Source of the DNA: Tubulanus polymorphus
Lineage: Eukaryota; Animalia; Nemertea
Assembly (NCBI RefSeq): GCF_964204645.1
Contig: NC_134034.1
Coordinates: 6,422,914 to 6,486,913 of the forward strand
Direction: 5' to 3'
Length of the DNA stretch: 64,000 nucleotides
Shown here: one piece after another, positions 1-14,400 of the stretch
Layout: each line of letters begins with the position of its first letter
Position numbering within the stretch: the stretch's first letter is position 1
Notes under the pieces: generated by a model
Databases searched by the model: none
Told to the model about the DNA's origin: nothing
Seen by the model: the letters and a program-made list of their open reading frames with translations, nothing else
Position numbers and translations under genes: made by a program

Positions 1-197
1 CATCCTCGCTTGCCAGGGGTAAGGTATCACTCCCGAACTCGCTTCCACCAGCCCCCTGGCCTCACGAAGCGTGATCTCATTACTGGCGCTGACGTCATAT
101 ATTGATTTGCGAAATACTTCCTTGTTCAGTAAAACGTTCACTGAATGGTCCATTTAACGGGAAAACCAATATAAGCCTAAAGTCGTTTGTTGGTACA
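1..197. repeat. Part of a ~300-bp repeat unit (Z), interrupted at 197/198 by transposon T2 and continuing at 58996
   Basis: 1-100 matches 59096-59197 and 100-190 matches 59659-59749. The junction GTCGTTTGTT..TAC(G/A)AGCGCTGTGATTGGTAC is intact at 59740-59770 but split between 197 and 58996. Confidence 0.75.
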
Positions 198-599
198 CAT
201 TATGAGAATGCCGGTTTGCTAGCGTATCTATTTAACACCCGTATTGCTCGGGTTAGTTTTACTACCAACGGGAGGCGCTGTGTGTAAATTTTACATAAAT
301 CAACGACTTCCGGCTATTAGCGGTACATAAGACCACTTGAAAACATCATAGTCAATTACGGTAGTAGTGAAAATAAAAAGTTACAGTTCGTTGTACAACA
401 CCATAGCACCCATATAATACCACATACATTTTATTCAGACTAACGACTTAGTTAACACTGATCTTCATTTCCATTAATTAATGATCTGTTGAATTAATTA
501 GTAATCCAGTCTTTCGGTGTTCGAGATAAAATGCCCGCAAAATAAGAACCAACGAACCAGGGCTGACCACAAATTGCCCAACAGATAAATTTTCGGAAA

Positions 600-1210
600 C
601 GACACAATCATGTTTAGTATCAAATAACTCGTGGCGGTGTGGACCTTGGTCTATTAACTGACCAATGCATGACCAGTATTGGCTATATAGTAAATTATCT
701 GTTTTGCAAACAATTAAGTTGTTTGGTGTCAAATAACTAGATATGATGTGGATATTAAACTAAAAATTGTTTAACTGACCAATGCTTGACCAGTACTGAC
801 CAGTTACCACTAACTAGAACCCACCATAAGTAATTTATATGTTTACTTAAGCAATAAAATCGTGTTTGGGCGTCGAGCTACTAGATACGGTGCGGGCTAT
901 GATCTAACAACTATTTAACTCACCAATTATTTACCAATACTGACCTTAAAGTAATTTGTTTATTCTAGAAGCAACACAGTCGTGTTTGGTGTCAACTAAT
1001 TAGAAATGGTGTGGGCTTTCATCTTACAACTATTCAAGTGACCGAATCTTGACCAATACTGATCACATAGCTATATGTATCTGTTTCGGAAACAACTTAG
1101 TCGTGTCTCGTATCAAATAATTTCATTAGGTCTGAACGAAAATATAACAACTCTTTTACCTGTACAAGCTACACCAGTACTGTCTAATTACCGGTTAAAT
1201 GTTTTTAGAA
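600..1210. repeat. Degenerate ~120-bp tandem repeat (~5 units) inside T2
   Basis: Recurring AACTGACCAATGCTTGACCAGTACTGACC-like core near 656, 773, 917, 1037 and 1158. The T1 copy lacks the segment equivalent to 846-1229. Confidence 0.6.
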
Positions 1211-1585
1211 ATAACACGGGGTATTGCCTGAATCCTTCGTTAGTACTACTCTTATTAAATGTGTCGCTTAAAAAGTCTTGTCCGATTTTTATTGTAAGAA
1301 GCGAGCTAACTTTGAAATTTCCCACTAACTGCAAAAGACTTTCACGTGGGGTTTTGAACGAACAACGTTTCGATTTGTAATTGTAACGTGCGCATTTGAG
1401 CCTGTAACGTGCACATTTCACTCGCGTGAACGTGCGTATCGGTACTATTATGCGAAACTTGTCAAACTTTTGCGTTCAAGACGTTTAAACTGAACACTAA
1501 AGAAGATATCATATCATATATATGAATAACGAATAGATGGAAGATAATGTAGTAGTTTTGAATGTTTCGTAACTGCTGTCCACTG

Positions 1586-4500
1586 CATTATGAGTTTTCC
1601 GGTTTGCTTGGCTACCCGTACTGGCGGGGTAGTCTAGAGAGGCCAATGAAAACTCCGGTTTGCTGAACCACCCCTCTTTGCGGGGGTGCGGTATGATGTT
1701 TGATCTGACAGTTTCAAGTGGTTAATGGCTGTTTCAAGTGCTTACAACGATGCTTATTACTTTCGTGGTACATGGTGTATTAAAAAAAGATTTCATAATA
1801 ATACGCTCACCGCGTGGGCTTCGTAGAAAGACCACTACCTGTGACCTTCCCAAATTTTAATTGTCCTGTCCGATTTGGTTTCATCCAATTCAGAGACTGC
1901 CTTTGCCAGTTAGGGCATTTTTGGATCACGTCACTCCAGGAAATGACTTAACGCTTTTGGGCCCCTTCGTCGGTTCCACATGTTTTATTTGAGCTATAGA
2001 CCACAATGGTGACACCATGATGGTCAGTACCTGACCAATTGAGATATCCCCGAGTCTGAACACTTGACTTCGAATTTCGGAAATTTATCATGTAATGATT
2101 GTTTTCAGACTACTAAGGAATCATCATTGCAAATTCATCACTGACCATCACTGACCACCAATGACCAATTCAAACTTCTCGAATATGAAAACGATATACC
2201 GCGTTATGGTGTCAAACTAGAAACGATTCGCCATTGAAAATTCATAAATTGACCATCACTGACCACCACTGCCCAATTGAAACTTCTTAAAAGAACGATA
2301 TACCGGTACCGCATTTGGTGAAACAAGAAAGGATTCGCCATTGAAAATTCATAACTTGACCATCACTGACCACCACTGACCAATTGAAACTTCTTGAAAG
2401 AACGATATACCGGTACCGCATTAGATGTGAAACAAGAAAGGATTCGCCATTGAAAATTCATAACTTGACCATCACTGACCACCACTGACCAATTGAAACT
2501 TCTTGAAAGAACGATATACCGGTGCCGCATTAGATGTGAAACGAGAAAGGATTCGCCATTGAAAATTCATAACTTGACCATCACTGACCACCACTGACCA
2601 ATTGAAACTTCTTGAAAGAACGATATACCGGTACCGCATTTGGTGTGAAACGAGAAAGGATTCGCCATTAAAATTCATAAATTGACCATTACTGACCACC
2701 ACTCACCAATTGAAACTTCTTGAAAGAACGATATACCGGTACCGCATTTGATGTGAAACTAGAAAGGATTCGCCATTGAAAATTCATAAATTGACCATCA
2801 CTGACCACCACTGACCAATTGAAACTTCTTGAAAGAACGATATACCGGTACCGCATTTGGTGTGAAACTAGAAAGGATTCGCCATTAAAATTCATAAATT
2901 GACCATCACTGAACCACCACTGCCCAAGTGAAACTTCTCAAATATCGTGGTCGAATTCGAAAGTGCTTGTCGTCGTATTGCTATTTCTAGAAACCAGCAG
3001 AAAGTTTTGCAACTGTTTTTGAATGGCGTTGACATAATGGAAATTTATTACCCATAAATGGGTTACACATCTGAATCACTGCACCTCACTTGCCGCAGTG
3101 CGTTATTTTCACTGCATAGTAATGCTAATACATAAACTTTTTTACTACTTGACTCGAATCATCTGAACAGTACTGCGTTTGAAAACTCAACGAATAGAAA
3201 ATGTTTGCGGGAAGCGCCTACAAATAAGTTATAATAAGATTAATTAATCGATGCATGAAAAACAATTAAATCACAAGGTGACTAACACCCGTCTTTCAAC
3301 CAATCTGCGCGATACCAATTAATTAAATCATTAAACGCATTGGGTTCCTAATATTTGAAATCATGTGATACAATAGTTGTTCTTTAGACTTGGCCACTTT
3401 CATTTCAGAAAACCGCGTACTAGACCAGTGGTCACCGAGGCATTAACCATTCCTTCAAGTTTTGAAAATTCGATGGTAACGCGGATTCTTCGCCTCTAAA
3501 AACTGTTTCGTTAATAGTTTTCTTTATATGAAAAGTGTTCATAGGAATTGAAATTTGGAGTGATATCAGTCACAGCTGTAACCCTTTTTCATTGTCAGTT
3601 CTTTTTTGGAATTCAAGTAGATTAGTGAAAATATCAATGATGAAGTTCACTTATTATATCAAGTACCGTTTTTACTGTCGCATACGAGTCGAAACAAAAA
3701 GATCTATGCAACTGCATATCTTCGGGTATAAACTGTGATATCCTTCAGTATGTTATGAATATCTTTAAAAATTTGTGTTCTAGTATAATACCCGAAGGTT
3801 TAACTATCGGACACATAAAAGATTCGCCATAATCAAAGTTTTTAAGAAAATCTTTCTTCGAGAAAGAAAGATCTTTAAAAGAAGGATTGGCGTCAAACTA
3901 ATCCATAATGGACTGTTGTGAATTTATTGAATAATCCACCTGAGAAATTTCGGTACTCGATAAACGCCTATTCATATAAATCAAAAATGCATGAATATCT
4001 TGACGTTATTTGCGGGTCTCATGAAACAGTTTCGTGCGCTCTTTTTAAATCTAAAATAACATAAATACATGCGTGTTGCGTTATAAACAAGGTTAAATTC
4101 CAAACGCACATGAAATATGGAGCCTGTATCACACGATATACACATCTTGAATTTTCTCTAACTACCTAGGTCCTTTCCAAATGGGAATGGTTCAGTTTTT
4201 TTAACGGCCGTCATTCAGAGGCACCTAAAAAACCGGTTGTATAGCACTTGAGATTTTCAGTGTAGGGCACATCTCACATCGACTCGGCTCGCGGTCGGTG
4301 GTTTAATGGGAACACATCTGGTTGTTTAACAGTTGACGAATTCAGAAAACTTTTTTCAAATGTCTTTGATAACTTTTTAAACATAGTATTCTTCTTAATT
4401 ACATTTCGCTGATTCCATAGATATTTTTTCATGAAAACTGCTCCAGTTATAACGGATTTAAACATACATGTAAAATGATTATTTTCAAAATATTCAATTT

Positions 4501-7500
4501 TCTCCGATTTTGAAGAAATTCTGACACAATATCATCTCCACTCGACACATGATTTTACTTCGGTGCCTTTGAAGGGAGTGTCACTTGTTGTTGAGTTCAT
4601 ATTTAGTCAAACAAGAAGATATGCCTGATTCCTTTTTAGAATTTAGATTTCGACGGATATCATCAAATTACTAGAAAGGGACAGCAGCTTTCGGTCATCC
4701 GCAAAAAATACCTAAAATGCTCTCCTAGGGTTATGGAAAAACATGTCACGAAACATACGGAAAATCCTTTGTTTGGTAGACTGAAATTATTGAACTCTTA
4801 AATAGCAACATTCAGAGAAACAAAAACATAAGAATATATTCTCGCCCACCCTTTAAAAAAACAACGTGATTTCAATTGAAGATGACACGTAGCCTCATAT
4901 CAAATGATATGAACGCAACAGAGCCTATTCATTCTCTTTACGAGGATGGGTCTCCACATTCATAGGATACGATACGAGATTCGTGGGTACGAATGATGAA
5001 TACAACTGATAAAGCGCCAATTTCACTGATTCTTGCACATAAAGGTGTTTTAGAGTAATCTAGTTAACAGGTGTGTTTTAGGAGTATTTTGAATTTAAAT
5101 TCAAATCGGGGTTCATGACGAATATTGAGCATTCTAGGGCTGGAGCAAGAAACGTGTGGGATCGTCCGCCAATGGTATCGCCAAAGAAATAATAAGGAGC
5201 CAGTCCGTGGTGGCTATTGAAAGCGACGACCGCATGTGAATGCATTGATTGAATGACATCTCAAAAGTCAGATTATATAAAATTGAACATGATATATGGA
5301 TAGGTTATTCCATATATACTGGTAAAAATGATGCCCAATATGTGATATAAATGTTCAAATAAAAAGTAGAAACCGAATCCATAATTCAGTCTGGTATTGT
5401 TATAACATCAAACACTCAAATTTAATCCTTTGTTAGATTGGTAGTCAGTGTAGATGAGCAAGAATAGTGGTCCCTAATTTTAATGTGGACTGTTCAACAA
5501 GTTGGAAATTGTGTAGAGATGAATGAGTTTAAAATGGAGTGGAATTTAGATAATACTGTTTGAATGTCTATTACTCAATCTTTTTATTGATCATAAAAAA
5601 TGGTGGTAAAATATTTGACTCTAGGGTTTTAGATTGTATCTCTCCACGCCAGAGGTAATCACGGATATTGGACTACAGAAAATTCCTTGTGTACAGCTCA
5701 ACTTTTTAAATCCCTGGAAAATCTCGCCACGGATATATCTCAGTAATGATTAATTTTCCCACAAATTCTCCCCTTCGAAAAACCTGAACAACCAATGTAC
5801 GCTTGCTCTAAGTTTGCCAATGCACTATTGTTACCTTTTCTAGCTATTTGCACTAGCTGTTTGTCGCAAATAGATTGCATCCTCTATTACAGGAGTAAAG
5901 GATACAGCTCTGGGACCCGTTTCTCAAAAGATAGTTTAAATTAACCATCATCCAATATGATACATGACTAAATACACTGAAAAAGATCAACTATGTACAC
6001 ATTTCAAATTTCAAACCATGTTTTATCATTAGAAAATTACGACACAACGTTCGATCTCTCACTAGAGATAATCTTTTTGAATTTGTACACTGAGTTTTGT
6101 TATCGTATTATCGTATTTTCAATTCTCTGCTTTTGAGTCAACAAGTACAAAGTTATTTTAGCAATGAAAATTTAATTGTCATTATAAATGTTAACTATCC
6201 GCTGGTAAACTTACTAACTTTTGGCAACTGACCTTAGATCGTGGAATGGTCTCAGGTGGCCTGCTGATCCACTCTTTATTTATACTACTAAAGAAATATA
6301 CAGTATAAGACGTAAAAAGTATATAAACATATTATTTATCTTTATATCGCGATAATTCGTGTACGTATGATTGAAAAACGATATTCTATCGAATCTCATG
6401 GTACTTATGATTATTGCGTATAGAATCAATAATTAGCAACCCTCCACGGATACGAAGCAGCCTAAGTTTACATCCTACCAAAATTATCCTCGAAACTCTC
6501 AGCATTATTTCAAGGGTCGGTCTTAGAAAATATATGAAGGACGTGCTCACACGTTAACGAGGCCAAAAATCTTCCCCAAAATTTCAAATTTTTACAAGCA
6601 AAGATAATATACTTCATGCTTTTGGTGCAGAAAAAAATACATGTCCACAAAATGCAAATTGTGTTTTCAAAGTAAACGATTGAGTGTGGAATTGTTTCGA
6701 ATTCAATGTTTTCCCATTAACACTCCGGTATTTTTCAATAAGATAAGTCAAACTATTGTTGTGATGGCCAGTTGAATACTTCATCATTATATTGAAAGAT
6801 ATGTTATACTTAATGCATCTTTTCTTAGGCCTTACAGCTTTCTCTATTGGTTAGCGTTGTGATCACTCAAAATCAACCATAAGTTTGAATTCTCACTGAT
6901 CTACTACATCTCTAATACAAAAATATATTTCATATCAGGCAATTAGCTTTGATCTGTGGTCAGTGGACAGCAGCTACGAAACATTTCAAACTACTACATT
7001 ATCATTCCATCTATTCATGTATATATAATATGATATGATATCCTCTTTGTTCAGTTTAAAAGTCTTGATCGTAAAAGTTTGACAAGTCTCGCATGTTGAT
7101 ACCGATACGCACGTTCACGCGAGTGAAATGTGCACGTTACAGGCTCAAATGCGCACGATACAATTACAAATCGAAACGTTGTTCGTTCAAAACCCTACGT
7201 AAAAATCTTATGCATTTTAGCGGAATTTCAAAGTTAGCTCGCTACCTACAACAAAAATCGGACAAGACTTTTTCAAGCGACAAATTTAAATGTAAGAGCT
7301 AGTAGTACTAACGAAGGATTCACTAAACATATAAATTACTTATGGGGGTTCTGGTTAGCACTGGTAACTGGTCTGTACTGGTCAAGCATTGGTCAGTTAA
7401 ACAATTTTTAGATTAATGCCCACATCATATCTAGTTATTTGACACCAAACAACTTAATTGTTTGCAAACAAATAATTTACTATATGGTCAGTACTGGTCA

Positions 7501-7995
7501 TGCATTGGTCAGTTAAAAGACCATGGTCCACGCCACATTTGATACCAAACATGATTGGATTGTGTCGTTTCGAAAATTTATCTGTTGGGCAATTTGTGGT
7601 CAGCCCTGGTTCGTTAGGTTCTTATTTTGCGGGCATTTTATCTCGAACCACCGAAAGACCGAATCACTAATTAATTCACCAGATCGTTAATTGCTGAAAA
7701 TGAAGATTAGTGTTTAACTAATAGTCCTTGTCTGAACAAAATGTAGTCTCTGGTATGGGTGCTATGGAATCATGTCCTTAACTGTACACCGTGCTGTATC
7801 TTTGTACTGTATCTTTTTATGTTCACTACTACCGTAATTGACTATGATGTTTTCAAGTGGTCTTAAGTACCGCTAATAGCCGAAAGTCGTTGATTTATGT
7901 GAAATTTACATACAGCGCCACCCGTTGATAGTAAAACTTACCCGAGCAATACGGGTGTTGAATAGATACGCTAGCAAACCGGCATTCTCATAATG
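1586..7995. mobile_element. Non-autonomous TIR DNA transposon T1 (6.4 kb), same family as T2, inserted in it in opposite orientation
   Basis: TIRs CATTATGAGTTTTCCGGTTTGCT (1586) and AGCAAACCGGCATTCTCATAATG (to 7995). 1586-6960 mirrors 7996-10991 plus 58371-58995, and 6961-7995 mirrors 198-1585. No transposase ORF. Confidence 0.8.
2131..2945. repeat. ~109-bp tandem repeat, ~7.5 units, internal to T1
   Basis: AAACTTCT anchor at 2172, 2280, 2387, 2496, 2605, 2713, 2822 and 2931. Confidence 0.95.
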
Positions 7996-10659
7996 GACCA
8001 CAGAATATGAATCGCCGAATATGAAATATATATTTGTTATAAGTGATGTAGTAGTTCAGTGAGAATTCAAACTTATGGGCAATTTTGAGTGATCACAACG
8101 CTGACCAATAGAGAAAGCTGTATCACAACAAAAGTGCGACTTATCTTGAAACAATTGTAAAATACCGGAGAGTCAATGGCAGTAACCCTCAATTCTAAAC
8201 AATTCCACACTCGGGTCGTTTACTTTGAAAACACAATTTGCAATTTGTGGACATGCATTATTTCTGCACCAAAGGCATGAAATATATTATCTTTGCTCGC
8301 AAGAATTTGAAATTTTGAGGAAGATTTTTGGCCTCGTTAACCTATGAACACGTCTTTCATATATTTTCTAAGACCGACCTTGATATAATGCTGAGAGTTT
8401 AGAGAAAATTATGGTAGGATGTTTAAACTTAGGCCGCTTCGTATCCGTGGAAGGTTGCTAATTATTGATCTTATACATAATAATCATAAGTACGTAACAT
8501 GAGACTCCATAGAATATCGTTTTCCAACTTGTTGAACAGTTCAAAATCGCGTGGCTTGAATTATTACGATAACTTAAATCAGGGACCACGATACTTGCTC
8601 ATCTACACTGGCTACCAATTTAACAAAGGATTGAATTTGAGTGTTTGATGTTGTAACAATAGGCCTACCATACTGAATTATGGATTCAGTTTCTACTTTT
8701 TGATTGAACATTTATATCACATATTGGGTCATTTTATTTTTACCGGTATAGGCCTATATGGAAGAACCTATCCGTATATCATGTTTAATCTGATATAATC
8801 TGACTTTTGAGATGTCATTCGATCAATGCATTCATATGCGGTCGTCGCTTTCAAAAGCCACCACGGACTGGCTCCTTAGCGATACTTGGCGGACGATCCC
8901 ACACGTTTCTTGCTCCAGCCCTAGAATGCTCAATTTTAGTCGTCATGAACACCCGATTTGAATTCAAATTCAAAAGACTCCTAAAAACACACCTGTTTAC
9001 TCGATTACTGTAAAGCGTCTTTGAACATTTATATGCAAGAATCAGAGAAATTGGCGCTTCATCAGTTGCATTCATCATTCAAACCCACAATTCTCCTTAT
9101 CCTATGAATTTGGAGACCCATCCTCGCATGAGAATGAATATGTGATTTCAATTAAAGAACACATGGCCTCATATCATTACGTTATGTTTTTTAACAGGTG
9201 GGCGAGATTATATTCTTATGTTTTTGTTTCTCGGAATGTTGCTATTTAAGAGTTCAATTATTTCAGTCTACCAAACAAAGGATTTTTCTGTATGTTTCGT
9301 GTCCTGTTTTTCCATAACCCTAGGACTGCATTTTAGGTATTTTTCGTGGATGACCGAACGCTGCTGTCCCTTTCTAGTAATTTGATGATATCTGTCGAAA
9401 TCTAAATTTTAAAAAGGAAAATCAGGCATATCTCCTTGTTCGAATAAGTAAGAACTCAACTTTAAGGGACACTCCCTTAAAGGCGCCGAAGTAAAATCAT
9501 GTGTCGAGTGGAGATGATATTGTGTCAGAATTTCTTCAAAAGCGGAGAAAATTGAATATTTTGAAAATCATGTTTGAATCCGTTATAACTGGAGCAATTT
9601 TCATAAAAACATATCTATGGAATCAGCGAAATGTAATTAAGAACAATACTATGTTTAAGATGTTATCAAAGGCATTTGAAAACAGTTTTCTGATTCCGTC
9701 AACTGTGGAACTAGTGTCAACCAGATGTGTTCCCATTAAACGAACCGACCGCGAGCCGAGTCGATGTGAGATGTGGCCTACACTGAAAATCTCAAGCGCT
9801 ACCACTGGTTTTTAGGTGCTTCTGAATGTCGGCCGTTAAAAAACTAAACCATTTGGAAAGGGCCTAGTTAGAGAAAATGCTAGATGTGTATATCGTGTGA
9901 TATTTCATGTGCGTTTGGAATTTAACCTCGTTTATAACGAAACACACATGTTCTTTTCTATTTTAGAAGAGCGTATGATAGTGCAATAAAGAACTGACAA
10001 TGAAAAAGGGGTAACAGGTGACTGATATCACACCGAATTTCAATTCCTATGAACACTTGTACTTCTGTACAAGAGTAAAAAAACTTGAAATATTAACGAA
10101 ACAGTTTTTTGACGGACAAATCGTTACCATCGAATTTTCAAAACTTTTTTAATGCCTTGGTGACCACTGGTCTAGTAAGCGGTTTTCTGAAACAAAAGTG
10201 GCCAAGTTTAAAGAACGACAAAGGATTTCAAATATTAGGACCCTAATGCGTTTAATGATTTAATTAATTCGCATCGCGCTGATTGGTTGAAAGACGGGTG
10301 TTAGTCATCTTGCCTGTGATTTAATTGTTTTTTAAGCATTGATTAACCATAGATTTAATCTTATCATAACTTATTTGCAGGTGCTCTCCCAAACATTTTC
10401 TATTCGTTTTCAAACGCAGTACTGTTCAGATGATTCGCGTCAAGCTTTGAGTCAAGTAGTAAAAAAGTTTATGTATTAGCATTACTATGCAGTCAAAATA
10501 ACGCACAGCGGCAAGTGAGGTGCTGTGATCCAGATGTGTAACCTATTTAGGAGTAATATATTTCCATCATGTCAACGCCATTCAGAAACAGTAGCAAAAC
10601 ATACTGCTGGTCTCTAAAAATAACAATACGACGACAACCACTTTCGAATTCGACCACGC

Positions 10660-10991
10660 TATTCGAGAAGTTTCACTTGGGCAGTGGTGGTCAGTGATGG
10701 TCAATTTATGAATTTTAATGGCGAATGCTTTCTACTTTCACACCAAATGCGGTACCGGTATATCTTTCTTACATTCGAGAAGTTTAAATTGGTCAGTGGT
10801 GGTCAGTGATGGTCAATTTATGAATTTTCAATGGCGAATCCTTTCTAGTTTCACACCAAATGCGGTACCGGTATATCTTTCTCATATTCTAGAAGCATGA
10901 ATTGGTTAGTGGTGGTCAGTGATGGTCAATTCATGAATTTTCAATGGCGAATCCTTTCTAGTTTGACACCATAATGCGGTACATCGTTCTC
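10660..10991. repeat. Same ~109-bp repeat (reverse orientation) in T2; last unit split by Polinton A and completed at 58371-58430
   Basis: GGTCAGTGGTGGTCAGTGATGGTCAATT units; the sequence resumes after the TSD at 58371. Confidence 0.9.
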
Positions 10992-11363
10992 AGTAATAGG
11001 GATAATAGGCTTTCAGATCAAAGGTCGAAGGGTCGAGCTCGTAAAAAAATGAAAATAACAATAATTTACAGTTGAATTAGTCACGCACACTCCTAATTCA
11101 ACTGTAAATTATTGTTATTTTCATTTTTTACTCACTCGCCCCTTCAACCTTTAACCTGAAAGCCTATTATCCTTATTACTCTTAAAATATTCATGTAAAT
11201 GAATAACATTTAAATTGACAGATTATTCAATATAAAAGTGTAAGCTCTTATAGAATAGATATATACATAGATATATTTTCAACATTATTTCAATATTCAT
11301 ATTTGTGTGAGTTAGATTTTTAAACATTAAAAGTGTTAGTAAAGTGTGATTGAAATAATACAT
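10992..11363. repeat. Polinton A left TIR; first 189 bp (10992-11180) form an imperfect hairpin
   Basis: Reverse complement of 57994-58364. AGTAATAGGGATAATAGGCTTTCAG pairs with CTGAAAGCCTATTATCCTTATTACT. Confidence 0.95.
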
Positions 11364-11417
11364 GATATAAATCATTGAACTTCTAAAATCAATTTTAATA
11401 AAAAATTTAGTATTAAA

Positions 11418-14400
11418 ATGGAAGCAAATAAGTACTACTGTCCAACATGTAATATCAATATAGATAAATCCCAAAAAGCAAGACATAATAAAACTAAAAC
11501 ACATTTAGAGAATAAATTGAAACTAGAATATAAAGATGATATATCAGAATCTAAATTAGATGAAATGAAAAAGAAATATACAAATGTGATACATGTAATC
11601 AATCATTCAGTGATAAAAGATATTATAATGAACATTTAAAATCTAAAAGTCATATTAGAAATAAGAATAATGATATTTTAGGTGAAGATTATTTTGATAA
11701 AGATAATGATAAGAAACAGAAGACAATTAAAAGCATTAAAAAAAATTTAACAATAAAAGACCATACATGGAAGATGTAAGAAATTATATTAATTCATTAG
11801 ATAATAAAAAAGATAAAGAGATAACCGAAGCATTTAAAAGTGATATTGGCCCGGCAGCTATCGAGTTAAAATTTCATAAAGGAAAAACTTTAGAAGAAAA
11901 TAAAAAACATTTAGAAAAATATGAAAGAAATAATAAAAATAATAACTGATGTTGAATACCCTAAAATAAGTATATCTTCTAAAGTTAAATTCATAAAATC
12001 TGAAGATATACCAATATATAATATAAATTCTCATTCACAACATATTATATATAAACAACATATAGATGATAAATTAGATAAATATTATAATGAAGTAAAA
12101 ACTAAAATAGAAGAGAAATATTTTGAAGGATCTGGTTTAATATTTGATGAAATAATATTTATGACTTTACATGTTTATAACACAAAATATAATAAGTTAA
12201 CTAAATCAAAACCAATTGATGAAAATAATTTATCATATTATAAAGAACCAGATATTGAAGCATCAAGTTATATTAAACTACCATTTAAAACTAATGCTGT
12301 AATAAATGTACAAAATGAAGTAGATAAATGTTTTCTATGGGCTATAATAAGTTGTTTACATCCTGATCCTGCAACTTATAATATTTGTAGATTAACTCAT
12401 TATAAACCATTTGAAAATAATTATAAGATAGATAAGTATCCTGTTATAATTAAAAACATCCCAAAAATAGAAAGAGATAATAATATAAAGATAAATGTAT
12501 TTGATTTAATCAAATTACCAAATACAAAAGGTAACAATATAAAACATTATACATTAGAACCTTTATATCTATCAAAAGATTATGATTCAAACGATGTTAT
12601 AGATATATTATATTATGAGAATCATTATATGTGGATTAAACAAATAGATTTATTCTTTAGAACAGAAAGTGATCACCATAATAAAATATATCTATGTAGA
12701 AAATGTTTACATAAATTCAGTAATGAAAGTACATTATTAAATCATTAACAATTATGTGAAAATCATGATTATTGTAAATTAGTTTTACCAAATGAAAAGG
12801 ATAAAATATTAGAATTCAAAAAATATGATTACAAAAATAAAGTTCCATTTGTCATATATGGAGATTTTGAATCATTAAATAAGGAACTAACTGATCAAGA
12901 TAGAAAAGAAATATATTATAAAAGAAAGAAATTAAATTGTAATGAAAATGATTTTTCAGATGAACCACCCAAAACAAATACTATTAAAAAGATTCATCAA
13001 TCAGCTGCAGCTTTCGGGTTATATATAAAATCTGATTATCCAGAACTAATTAAAAGTGAATATTATCATTATAGAAATGAAAATGTTATTAATCATTTTT
13101 GTGACTTATTAATTGAATATGAAATAAGATTTAGTAAATTATTGAATGCAAATATAGAAATTATAATGACAGAAGAAGATAAAGAAGAATTTGCGTTTGC
13201 AGATAAATGTTATTATTGTGAAAAGATATTTAATTTTAGAGATAAAAAAGTAAGAGACCGTGATCATTTGAATGGAAAGTTTAGAGGCGCTGCGCATGAA
13301 ATTTAAATCTAGAAATCTAGCTTACTGTCCCGAACATAAAACTGTAACTCATGAAGAATTATCAAATTATCAAAAAAGAATTAAACCCGAAAATCATATT
13401 CATACAGAAAAGTTAATGGTAACTCAAGAAGATAAATATAATTATGTAGTACATTATAGAATGTTAAAGTTTTATCTAAAACAAGGAATGATCCTAAAAA
13501 AAAAGTACATAGATATATTTCATTCAGTCAATCTAAGTGGTTAGAAAAATATATAGATTTTAACACCAAACAGAGAACTGAAGCTAAAACTGATTTCGAG
13601 AAAGATTTCTTCAAATTAATGAATAATGCATTCTATGGTAAGACTTGTGAAAATATTAGAAATAGAAATGATATTGAGTTAGTTAGTAATGGTAAAAGAA
13701 TTAGACATTTACAATCATATCCTAAGTTCATTGGTAACAGAATATTTGATGAAAATTTAGCCGCAGTTAAGATGAGAAGAACATCAATGAAATTTAATAA
13801 ACCAATCTATGTTGGAGCATCAGTTTTAGAATTATCAAAATTACTAATGTATGAATTCTATTATAATGTATTACAACCACTTTTTGGAGAAAAACATATA
13901 GAAATATCATATTTTGATACCGATTCTTACATATTAAAGATACAAACTGATAACATAACTAATGATTTAAAAGCATTAAAACATCATTTTGATTTCAGTA
14001 ACTATCCTAAAGATCATGAATTGTTTAGCAATGATAATAAAAAAGTTCCCGGTAAATTCAAAGATGAATTAGGTGGTGAAGAAATGATTGAATTCATCGG
14101 TATTAGATCTAAAATGTATTCATAAAAAACTAAAGAACATGAAGCTAAAAGGTTAAAAGGAATAACCAAAAGTGTAGTAGAAAAGAATATTCATTTCAAA
14201 GATTACATCAATTGTATATTCAATGAAAAAGTTAGAAAACATAAAATGAGATGTTTAAGATCTGAAGATCATGAAATGTTTATTGAAGAAATTGAAAAGA
14301 TAAGTCTAAACCCATTTGATGATAAAAGATATATTCTGGATGATGGAATTCATACAGTTGCTTATGGTTGTAATTTAGATGAATACTTAAAATTTAAAAG

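Noticed and set aside
2131-2945. CRISPR-like array and the ORFs 2472-2702, 2689-2895, 10718-10900
   Set aside because: Whole units repeat with no unique spacers and no cas genes; the ORFs are by-products of the tandem repeat.
102-9815. Short ORFs in T1/T2 (e.g. 1075-1380, 7093-7302, 9501-9815) as genes or transposase
   Set aside because: No domain motifs, and reading frames are not preserved between the two copies.
11223-11504. Antisense ORFs over Polinton and Gypsy genes (also 19048-19450, 19666-20082, 26269-28370, 29957-30825, 56509-56736)
   Set aside because: Shadow ORFs of real genes on the opposite strand; no promoter motif or recognisable product.
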